A stretch of 64,000 nucleotides of DNA from assembly GCA_010909165.1 (NCBI GenBank), contig VJWM01000019.1, positions 1,178,001 to 1,242,000 on the forward strand, in the 5' to 3' direction. The stretch is from Anthoceros angustus. Its lineage: Eukaryota > Plantae > Anthocerotophyta. Below the pieces are notes generated by a model. It did no database searches. It saw only the letters and a program-made list of their open reading frames with translations, and was not told the DNA's origin. Position numbers and translations under genes: made by a program. Below, in pieces: positions 1-12,479 of this stretch. The first letter of the stretch is position 1. Every line of letters starts with the position of its first letter.

Positions 1-851
1 TCTGAGGCCTTTCAAATGCAAGGCAACAGATCCACCAAGAAGATCATAGTTAGGTGAGACGAGACTGGATCAAGAGCACAACATAATGCCACTGAGAAAA
101 CCCTCAAAGCGATGGGACAACAATCACCTGACGAAAACTTGCAGCGGTCTGTCTTAGGTCTGCCTGCTCTTGTACAATTTCATTTTCCCGTTGCGTAACT
201 TGCACTGACAAGGCTTCCGCCTGGTTTCAGTGAGCCACAATAAGCATCTACTGCATAGACAACCCCAGCAGACCACTTGCAGGGTACAAGTAGGCACAAC
301 AAATGCCGATGACCTGACCAGACTCACATGTCTCAACATACCAAAGCCAAGATCTCTTGCAAATCATCCTGATTTCGACCTGCACTTCGACCGTACAGAT
401 CTTCCAACTTCTGACGCAGCTTCTTTAGAAGCGACTGTCGGTCCATCAAAACAGCATGCCTTATCATCGTCTGCAACGAGGAACGAGATACAACAATCAG
501 CTTCCTACCACAACCAGCCATGCATTTTTCACCTAAGCACACGAACAAGCAAAAGTAACAGCCTCATAGCAGCCACCTTACATCATCCAGCACTCTCCTA
601 GCTGTCACATTCGCAGCTGTCTGTCCCAACTCGAATTTGCTCGCAAGATCACGAACAGAAAGGCGCTTCTGCAGAGCCACGAGATTTGCTGCTTCTTGTG
701 CAATAATCTCTCGTTTCGATGGCGGCGGAGTATTAACTGTGTCCTCATCTTCGTCGTCATAACTGCCATGGCCACTCACGGGAGAACGCGGGAACGCCCT
801 TCCCTGAAACGTCACTTCCGCCCCGACTCCTGCAACCCGTTCCCTCTGCAT
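1..851 (-). CDS. SCAB: Stomatal closure-related actin-binding protein (SCAB family), 5' part. Exons 851-582, 470-342, 220-128, 8-<1; continues beyond the window.
   Basis: The spliced translation contains KREIIAQEAANLVALQKRLSVRDLASKFE, LLKKLRQKLEDLYGRSAGRNQDDLQE and AEALSVQVTQRENEIVQEQADLRQTAASFRQ|AS, matching the SCAB actin-binding and coiled-coil motifs (QKRLSVRDLASKF, GRNxDD, VQLTQRE). All three introns are GT-AG and phase 0. ATG at 851-849. Confidence 0.9.
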
Positions 852-2095
852 TGTGCCTTCGTTCAAGAGACAAACATATACAATACCGCTCTCGCTACCA
901 CCACGACAAGGCGGCCGTCAGAAACCCGTCCCTCAACCTGCCATACTCCGCCTGCATCCCAGGACGTCCTTCACCACGCCCGAACGCAGCTTCCAGCTCA
1001 TCAACTCCACATAGCGCAGTGCCGTAACATCCCGCTCAAGCCTGCAACAAAGAATCGCCTTCCACTAAGCTCTGCAATCCAACCGATCCAATCCGATCCA
1101 TCCTCCGGATCCTCTCCCCCAGTCAACCTCAAAATCACAAAAAACAGCAGCTACAAACACGAATTCTGACCGGCAAACTCACACAGACACCGGGAATATT
1201 TCACGCTCCCATCCCGAGCAGAATTCACGGCCGAATTGACCAGATCCGAGGCACTAAGCTAGAGCAAGAGCAAATCACAGGGCAGGGCAGCAGGATCCGT
1301 ACAAGGACGCGCAATCGGAATCGGAGGCTCCGTTCACTAAGCAGCGCAGCGAGCCGCAGAATTGGCGCATGCACGAGGCGGCCGGGGAGGAGGCAGCGGA
1401 ATTAAGAGGTGAATCGCGCTGGAATGACAAGGCGACGGAGATGCGCCACGGTCGGCGGCAGTGTGGCTGTCGCCATGGCTGCATCAGACGTATCGCCCGA
1501 TGGGCGAGAGGGGCGCGCCTTGGCGCATGTGTCGTGAAGTCGACGATTCCCCCCACAGGCCAGGCTCCCGCAAGCGTCGGCCCGCCTCGCTAACTGGCGT
1601 TTGCCGGCGTCGCTGTGCCTTCTCATTGGCCCACTGCGCCCTGCCGATTTTCTCTCTGCTTTTGCGCTTTTACCAGCACATGGGCATGTGGCTAACGTCG
1701 TGCTGCCTGCCACAATGCCTTTCCACTAAACCGCTATCACATTTTTAAACTCTTTTTATTTAACGGCAACACGGCTAATTCTGGCACGTTCTTGGCGATC
1801 CCATGTCCTTTGTATCTGTTACTTTATATTTAATCATATTAAATACTCAATATATATGCTTATATTTTATTAATATTTTATGAAAAATATATAAATTTCA
1901 AATTTCAAAAAATAATTATATTATCTTATATATGATAAAATATAAAAATATATATAAAGTGATGATGAATGTGTGTAAAGATTCTTTCATACTATATTAG
2001 GTACATATTGTACAGCTCTTGAAAGGCTTTCATAGCTATCAAGAACAAGAGCTTTGTATGAAGGATTTTTTCTTCTTTGAAAACACTAAACACAT

Positions 2096-2193
2096 GTAAA
2101 TACTCTAGTCTAGTCATGATACTAAGTCCAATGAAATCGGATAAGTAAATACTCTAGTCTAGTCGTGATACTAAGTCCAATGAAATCGGATAA
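2096..2193. repeat. Tandem duplication of a 49-bp unit (2 copies)
   Basis: GTAAATACTCTAGTCTAGTC(A/G)TGATACTAAGTCCAATGAAATCGGATAA starts at 2096 and again at 2145, with one mismatch. Confidence 0.9.
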
Positions 2194-4451
2194 ATAAGTC
2201 AACTTGTAAGCCCTATTCTTGAAAAATGAGATCTAAGTCCATCCTTTTCTCTCAGCGCTCGACATGTGGATTCGAAAAAGAAAGAAGACACTATTATTAA
2301 AAAGAGATGGAAAAACCCATCCATCCCAAAAACAAAAAGGGAAAAACCCAACGAAGGTACGATGTCAGAAAGACTAGCCCTCACGATCACGCATTTCAAA
2401 ACTACCAACCGCCTGAAGAACTTCGTGGTGAAGGATGTGAAAAGGCCTACTTACCACCAGTGTCGAAGAAGCTGCATGTAGATTCCAAAGCTTGTAGTTC
2501 AATTTAAAAAAGTAAATTACAGGAAAATAATAAAATAATATTCAAGCGCTTTTTCCCAAAAGCGGTTGGCAGGTTTTAGAGAATTTAGGAAAGCTGGTCA
2601 CCATAGTGGAGAGGCCTTCCTTATGAGATAGAATCCGGCATGGTAAAGGCTCAACAAGCGGTTGAGGCGGACACGATTTGAGGACATCCGTTGCTCTATG
2701 AGCCTATTCTCTTGTGACAGAATATTCTTCCGACTTCAGTTGCCGGTTGCGGCTGACCGGCTGACTGGTTGACCGGTTGATCACAGGCTGTGCAGGTTAC
2801 CTCTCCGAATGCTCTCCAGGTGGGCGGCGGGCCTTGATTGTCTGGGACTTCCAACTCTGCTGCCAGTGCCTGATACATAGTGTATGTACATACATTGGTG
2901 CGTGGTGACACGGGAAACTTGAAAGTGTGTACGTAGACTAACAACTTCCTTGAAGTGCGAGCTGGATTGCTGGGGGCGAATGGGGTAAACAGGGACAAGT
3001 TTGAATAATCTGAGGCGAGGCTGCGCCTACCACGATCCAGGTAGATCCATCTCATCGCACACAAACACGTAGCCCGCTGGATTGCCGGAGGCTCGAAGAC
3101 GGGGCTTCTCCATCTCGGATGCATCGGAGATAACGGGAGGCACATTCCAAACCCGGCACACCAATTTCCAACACCCAGGGACGTCCGACATGTGGCTCCG
3201 TTCCTGGACTGCCGGCGCTGAACCCTAAATCTGTCAGCAACAGGATCTTACCAGTTGCAGAACAACACATGCCTTGACCTATTTCGCAGCCGACTGCATG
3301 GGCTGGAGAATCTGCCGGTCCAGCGCTCCTTGGATCTGGCCACACTGCACCTTTTGGACGAAGCCATGGCATACTAAAATCCGCAGACGCCTGCTTGCAT
3401 GTCCCTACTGCTAATACGCTATTGAAATAGAGCAGCACTTGCCCTCGTCCACGAAAGAAGAGCAGCTCATTACCATCACCCTCCACTGTCGAGAGGATCG
3501 GCCAGGGTGATGTGGCGAGGGAGAGGCGGACCGGCTGAATCGGAACAGTACTCGTTCTCGCGTTGGGCATGTTTCTGACAACGTCAGAGCCGCCCCGGCT
3601 CCGGTTCCGGTTCCGGTTCCCGGGCCAGCCCATCCATGCCGGTGTCAAAGTCTACGTACATATGTATGTACGTAGACTAAACGTTGGGTGGGCCCCATAG
3701 CCTTGGGAAGCGTACATAGATGCATGCATACGGATGAAACTCCAGTCTCCAGGTGAAACAGAAATATGTACATATGTTGAGTTTCTGCAGAGGAAACTCA
3801 CGTGAGGTTCACTCGGAAGCATCCTGTCAAAGGCCCCCACCTATCTGCTGGCTTGGAATTCCATGGGGTCAGGGATACCAGCTTTCGAGGTTCTGGTGGG
3901 ATTGGATGTTCTGATTTGCTTGGTAGTGAGTAGGAAGGTGAGGCAGCCGCATGAGCGCTGCACATGGATCAGGACACAAACAGGACATTCCGGCTCTCAC
4001 CGATGCGGAGCTCAGTATTAACCTCTTCACCATGATTGATTCCTGGCTGGGCACGAGAAATCCAGCCAGCTCACGTGGTGAAGCCCAGCTGCTGAAGCAC
4101 AGGAGAATCCTCAAGTCATGGACAGGCAGAAGATGATGGTGAGCAATTCTGGTTGCTCGTCGGCCTGAGCATGACTTCCCATGCCGTCATCAGCCGGAAT
4201 GGCTAATAAGGTCAGCAACTTTGGCTGTTAAGGACAAGATGACTGTGACAGAAGGCTGCCTTGTGAGGAGAGTGGGCCAGCCGCTACCGGTGGCAAAGAA
4301 TCAAACATGTGCGACACTTGTATGACAACTACAAGTGCCGGAATTCGAAATGTACAAGCCCAACACGGGCCACCTCTTCGTCGTTGTAACCTGAGCTCCT
4401 TCCTCCGGCTTCAGAGCAGATTCGGAAAAGAGCACTGAAGCGGCGGGATGG

Positions 4452-5632
4452 TCAGAGACCAGCAGACACCAGCTCGTGCAGAGTAACAAGGCCGATCACC
4501 ACATTTGAGGTGTCCACAACTGGGAGGAATGTGACAGGTGATGGAGGGGCCTCCATCAAAACCATGGCATCCACAGCCATGCAGTCTGCTTGAATGGATC
4601 TGGGGAATCTGCAAACGTGAAATAGGTGACGAGTGACGGACAGCTCACGCAGGGGAATATCACAAATATGGCGAGCACAGCAATACCTGTTGCACATCTC
4701 CCCAACTGTTAGCTTGAAGATCCTTTCGGCGTGGGACTTGAGAGTTCTCCGCAAATCCCCATCGGTGAAGGTCCCGAGAAGGCGGCGGTTGTCATCCACA
4801 ACAAGCAGGCATCCACAGCCCTTCATGCTCACCTCCACAAGCTGCTCCATGATGAGATCCCCTTCCTTGCACATAGGCACCTCCTTTTCCTTCCGCATCA
4901 CATCCTGCACCTGCGTCAGTGATCGGAAAGGTCAGCATTGCCCACAACAACCCAAAACCCACAACGCAACCTCGGGGACAGACGCACCCTGAGAATCAGC
5001 CTCTTCCCTATCCGCCCAGCAGGGTGGTTCAGCGCGTACTCCTCCTTGGTCAGGTTCTTGGCCTGCATCAGCGCGATGGCCACGGTGTCGCCAAACAGCA
5101 TCTGGATGGCGGTGGACGTGACAGGCGCGAGATCAAACGGACACAGCTCCCGCAGCAGCGGGAGGTGCACATGCATATCGCACAGCTTCCCCAGGCTGGA
5201 GTTCTTGAGCGACGAAATGCCCACCAAATACGCCCCCTTGGCCCTGGCGCAGGGCACCAACCTGCAGAGCTCCTCCGTGCACCCGCTCTTGCTGAGCAGC
5301 ACCAGAATGTCCCGGGAGCTCAGAATCCCAATGTCGCCATGGAGCGCATCCAAGGGCGACAGGAACCCTGATCTGGTCCCCGTGGACACCAGCGTCTGCG
5401 AGATCTTCTGCGCTATAAACCCACTCTTGCCCACCCCCGAGAAGAAAATGGTCCCCTTCGCGTCCAGGCACAGCTGCGCGAAGGCCTGCACCTGCTTGTA
5501 GTCCAAGTTGGCGAAGAAGTAATCGATGTACTTCTTCTGCTCCCCAAACATGAACTGCAGCTGCTCTGCCCCGAGCGCAGGAGAACCCAGTCCCCTCGGA
5601 GCCTCCAGCAATGCTGCATCCAGGTATCCCAT
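4452..5632 (-). CDS. kdsD: D-arabinose 5-phosphate isomerase (SIS + CBS pair; plant KdsD/SETH3-like, Kdo biosynthesis), 341 aa. Exons 5632-4988, 4910-4687, 4608-4452.
   Basis: SIS motifs [45 protein letters not shown] and [12 protein letters not shown] motifs [10 protein letters not shown] and [15 protein letters not shown]...[13 protein letters not shown]. Two GT-AG introns join to an open 1026-nt frame. Confidence 0.95.
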
Positions 5633-5933
5633 GCTCTCCCGGCTGCAGCAACAGATGCTCTTTTCTCCCCTGCTAGAATGCTTCAGAGCCGCCGCTGCCC
5701 AGCTACATATCAAGATTTGAAAGTTCTGCTACCCAACTCCCAGAAACAATCGTCTACCACTTCTCCTCGGTCACATGGAAAACATAAAACACGTCCTTCA
5801 AATGCCTCTACTGCCACCGACCTGGAAACTGCACAATGATCGATTGCCACGGCACTTCCTTCAATATGCATAAAACTCTTGCTCAGGGCCGCCCATGCAA
5901 AGCCTCTCGAATACTCTACAGGCGGGAACTTGG

Positions 5934-6040
5934 AAGGCAAAGGCAAAGACAAAGCAAAGGCAAAGGCAAAGGCAAAGCAAAGGCAAAGGCAAAGGCAAAG
6001 GCAAAGGCAAAGGCAAAGCAAAGGTAAGGGCAAAGGCAAA
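5934..6040. repeat. Imperfect (AAAGGC)n microsatellite
   Basis: About 18 imperfect GGCAAA/GCAAA units. It explains the low-complexity KAKAK/LPLPL ORFs in the track. Confidence 0.95.
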
Positions 6041-7412
6041 CGGTACCGCCATCAGACAGCAAACGGGTACAACATGTTCGACTGCTCGTACAGTTAGGTC
6101 CTATGCTACAAGCATATTAAACTAGTTCACATACCTAATCGCAAAATTAGTGAGCCCACTAATTTCCACGGCCTTTGACTGGTGACAAAATAAAGCGAGC
6201 GTCTGTTACATATATAGGAGTGGGTGAAATCGCGACAGCTCGCTAACGCGTGCGAAGCCTGAGTTGTTATAGCTTAACACAGATCGACTGCCGGTTACGT
6301 ACAACATGTATTGTTAAGAGTTAAGGACGAGCCAGGTATGATGGCCGGCGGGCCCTCTCTTCGATAAGAGAGGAGAGGGGAGAAGTTTGGCTTCAGTTAG
6401 GTCGGTGCTGGTTCTGGTAGGAGACCATCCGTGAGGGTTCACGGCCGGCGATCTCTCCACCGGGGAAGTCCGCACCAACACGAAGCCGTCGAACTCTGCA
6501 GCGTCTTAGAGAGATCAGTCAGAAGTCATAGGTGCCTTGCTGGGCAACAAAACCGTCAAGTCACCTGGGACGTGAAAGGCAGGGGAGACGAATACGGGCA
6601 AAGCAGCTCATACAACCGGAACCTGAGAGTGTCACTCGGGACAAAAGCATTCAATTCAATCACCATTGCAAACACTTGATGTGTTGAGCGTCTGATCTCA
6701 GCAAGTTGTGCTCCATGTAGCTGAATCAAGGGTGAAGGCCAGAGGTTACAAGATCAGCACTCAAAACAAGAGCATCATCTCACTACCTGACACCTAGTCC
6801 GCAAAACCTATGCGGGTCTACTCCCAAGGACTGACCCAACACATTTCAACCAAAGGAAACTCTTTGAGTAGGTATGATGTGCATAGCCCCCGATGTCCTA
6901 TCCAACTGACAGAGTTGGAGCCTGAAGAGACCCCTCACTAAATCTTTCCAATGCCTTCTAGCCCAAGCCTTGCCCTTCGTCGTCCCTGTCAGACACGAAT
7001 GCCTAAGGGTGAGGAAAAACATAAACACGTCCAAAACTCGAGAGTATCCCCATCCCAGAGAGTCCCCTTACACATCAGAACAACCAGCCGAACACTTTGG
7101 CTTGCAAAGGAACACTTCGAATGAGAGACGCCATATTCTTAGCCCAGTGATTACAAGCTTTCCAAAACCATCGCAGGGCAGAAGAGAGAGAGGTTGGATG
7201 AACCAAACTCCCTGGAAACACGGACTAACACCAAATAATGGGAAATGGAGTAGTCAGCAAACATGTACTTGAGACTACTGCAACCATACCTTGTAGTAGC
7301 GGTGGAGAGCTATCATCGCTAGTAGTGCAGGATTAATGAATGTGAGAGGGCATGACACTTCACTCAAACCGTCGTGCAGGTGTGAGCTCTCTACAACCAG
7401 CTGCAAAGACCA

Positions 7413-9481
<2,069 letters not shown>

Positions 9482-10153
9482 CTACCACTTCCCCGGCGCT
9501 CCTACACCCTAACTAACATGAACGCAATCCGCCGGGCCGCCACCGCCGCCAGACAAGCAACAAACACAGCACACAGTGTGAGCCGGGAGCCCCAACGGCT
9601 CCGATCCTACAGCATGCTCCGCTGCTGCGCGGCCAGCTTCCCCCGCAGCAAAAGGCAGAAGCTTCCACGCCGCTCCTGGAGCTCCTTCCGCGCCACCAGA
9701 TTGCCCAGAAGTGCAAAGAAACCCCAGTCTAGGAACCCCCGCCGCCGCAGCTCGGATCATAGGTGGGTGGACTGTTCACGTTGAGCAGGGACTAGAGAGC
9801 CGACGTCGCCCGGAGCAGCAGGGCGGGAGAGGAAGGGTTCGGTGCAGCCAGGCAGCCTCCGCGACCAGCACGCATCCGCCCTGTGTGGAGGCTGCGGCGC
9901 TAATCCACCATAGCGTTTCCCAGGGCGTGATTAAAGAGCAGGCGGTGCGCGGGGCCCTTGCCAGGGAGGCCACCTTTGACAAGGGAAGACCACTCGGCGA
10001 CTGAACCAAAGAGTGCGTCGATTGGGCCCTTGTCAAGGGCAATCGTGGCGCCTGACACTTGACTCGTAACTACATGCGATGGGAAAATCAGGGGCCACAA
10101 TGTTTGCGTTTTTCGGCGCTGTCTATTGGAGTTGTCTCGGTATAGAGTACTTG

Positions 10154-10751
10154 AGTAACGGCACCAGTGAAATAAGGTAGAAAGGTGAAAAGTTGAAAGA
10201 GATAAAAAGCTAAGTTATTAACTGCCCTGATGCATGTGTTGCATGCTTCATACAATCTCTTGTTAGAGAGGAATTGCTACAACCACAAATGAAGAGCTGC
10301 CTAGAGAGGACTCTTAGTGATTAGTGGTCTGTAAAAATCCCTAGATTTAACAGCTGCCTAGTTGAGGTCAGGCTACGGGATATATAAGGGCTAGAGCAAG
10401 GGCTTTGAAGAACAAGTGGGACTCACTCTGAGAGGCAAGTGTCTCACTCTTTGAGAGAGAGGCAAGTGTCTGTTGCTGAGAGAGGCATGGAGAGCTAGCT
10501 AGTGAGCTTGTCGTGGAATCAAGGCGTGCTTGATTGGGCGTAGATGGCGATTCCATCGTTGTATTCTTGCAATAAAGTAGCATCTCGAGGTGGCTGCTGA
10601 TCGTCGATTGGGCCGGGCTACTTGAGCCTAGTCTTGTGTCGTGAGGTTGAGGCGTTGAGAATCGTGCAAGTCTCTTGTGGAGTGAATTGGCGAGGTCCTA
10701 GACCTGGGAAGCCAGCACTTGTCGCTTCCTGCGGCTATGAGGGGTGTTACT
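10154..10751 (+). repeat. Chromovirus 5' LTR, copy 1 (~600 bp, termini AGTAAC...GTTACT)
   Basis: Starts AGTAACGGCAC, identical to the sequence after the PPT at 25537. Ends GTGTTACT, 4 nt before TGGTATC. Contains a TATA-like TATATAAGG near 10381. Confidence 0.85.
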
Positions 10752-11272
10752 TTAGTGGTATCGGGCGTAGTCCATTCCTCCGAGTGACTAGAGTGCACAA
10801 GATGGTCAATGAGAGCGTAAGGAGAGGTGAAGAAGCGGTCTCCGTGATCATCGCCTCAAGCACTTTGAAGAACAAGTGGGACTCACTCTCAAGGCGAGCA
10901 AGAACTGCAAGCCTGTGTTGAGAAGAGAGTAGGCAAGTGTCTTGTTGCAAACCTTGTGTTGAGAGAGGCATGGAGCTAGCTAGTGAGCTTGTCGTGGAAT
11001 CAAGGCGTGCTTGATTGGGCGTAGATAGCGATTCCATCGTTGTATTCTTGTATAAAGAGCAGGCGGTGCGCGGGGCCCTTGCCAGGAGGCCACCTTTGAC
11101 AAGGAAGACCACTCGGCGACTGAACCAAAGAGTGCGTCGATTGGGCCCTTGTCAAGGGCAATCGTGGCGCCTGACACTTGACTCGTAACTACATGCGATG
11201 GGAAAATCAGGGGCCACAATGTTTGCGTTTTTCGGCGCTGTCTATTGGAGTTGTCTCGGTATAGAGTACTTG

Positions 11273-11887
11273 AGTAACGGCACCAGTGAAATAAGGTAGA
11301 AAGGTGAAAAGTTGAAAGAGATAAAAAGCTAAGTTATTAACTGCCCTGATGCATGTGTTGCATGCTTCATACAATCTCTTGTTAGAGAGGAATTGCTACA
11401 ACCACAAATGAAGAGCTGCCTAGAGAGGACTCTTAGTGATTAGTGGTCCGTAAAATCCCTAGATTTAACACCCTAGTTGAGGTGCCACGGATATATAAGG
11501 GCTAGAGCAAGGGCTTTGAAGAACAAGTGGGACTCACTCTCAAGAGCGAGGCAAGCCTGTGTTGAGAAGAGAGTAGGCAAGTGTCTTGTTGCAAACCTGT
11601 GTTGAGAGAGGCATGGAGAGCTAGCTAGTGAGCTTGTCGTGGAATCGAGGCGTGCAGTTGGGCGTGAATGGCCGATTCCATCGTTGTATTCTTGCAATAA
11701 AGAGTAGCATCTCGAGGAGGTGGTCTACGAGTCGTCAGTGGACGCCGGGCTACTTGAGCCTAGTGCTGTGTCGCGAGGTTGAGAGCGCTGAGAATCTGCA
11801 AGTCTCTTGTGGAGTGAATTGGCGAGGTCCTAGATCGCTGGGAAGCCAGCACTTGTCGCTTCCTTACTGGCTATGAGGGGTGTTACT
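11273..11887 (+). repeat. Chromovirus 5' LTR, copy 2 (part of a ~1.12-kb tandem duplication that includes upstream flank)
   Basis: Near-identical to 10154-10751. The flank 9932-10153 is also repeated at 11053-11272. Confidence 0.85.
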
Positions 11888-11891
11888 TTAG

Positions 11892-11903
11892 TGGTATCAG
11901 AGC
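11892..11903 (+). promoter_or_regulatory. Primer binding site complementary to the tRNA-iMet 3' end (variants at 10756 and 12372)
   Basis: TGGTATCAGAGC lies 4 nt after the LTR end. Confidence 0.92.
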
Positions 11904-12002
11904 GTAGTTCATTCCTCCGAGTGACTAGAGAGTGCACAAGATGGTCAATGAGAAGCGTAAGGAGAGGTGAAGAAGCGGTCTCCGTGATCATCGCCTCAAG
12001 CA

Positions 12003-12367
12003 CTTTGAAGAACAAGTGGGACTCACTCTCAAGGCGAGCAAGAACTGCAAGCCTGTGTTGAGAAGAGAGTAGGCAAGTGTCTTGTTGCAAACCTTGTGTT
12101 GAGAGAGGCATGGAGCTAGCTAGTGAGCTTGTCGTGGAATCAAGGCGTGAGTTGGGCGTGAATAGCCGATTCCATCGTTGTATTCTTGCAATAAAGAGTA
12201 GCATCTCGAGGAGGTGGTCAGTCGTCGGTGGGATGACGCTACTTGAGCCTAGTCTTGTGTCCTTGAGGTTGAGGCGAGAATCGTGCAAGTCTCTTGTGGA
12301 GTGAATTGGCGAGGTCCTAGATCGTGGGAAGCCAGCACTTGTCGCCTTCACTATGAGGGGTGTTACT
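12003..12367 (+). repeat. Partial (3' half) chromovirus LTR followed by a third PBS; another partial copy at ~10863-11050
   Basis: Matches the LTR from TTTGAAGAACAAGTGGGACTC to GTGTTACT. Confidence 0.8.
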
Positions 12368-12479
12368 TTAGTGGTATCGGGCGTAGTTCATTCCTCCGAG
12401 TGACTAGAGTGCAAGATGGTCAATGAGAAGCGTAAGGAGAGGTTAAAGCGGTCTCCGTGATCATCGCCTCAACCGCTGA

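Noticed and set aside
2199-4300. Possible small gene(s) between SCAB and kdsD
   Set aside because: No consistent exon chain or recognisable motif could be built.
4452-5632. kdsD as bacterial contamination or recent horizontal transfer
   Set aside because: It has spliceosomal introns and a plant-type C-terminus, and plants make Kdo for rhamnogalacturonan-II, so the gene is expected.
4633-5720. Several plus-strand and alternative-frame ORFs overlapping kdsD
   Set aside because: They are shadows of a GC-rich real CDS and have no motifs of their own.
5710-6125. ORFs with KAKAK/QRQRQ/LPLPL/LCLCL runs
   Set aside because: They are translations of the (AAAGGC)n microsatellite.
11892-11903. tRNA gene
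   Set aside because: Only the 12-nt complement of a tRNA 3' end (a PBS) is present, with no cloverleaf. The same applies at 36357-36374.
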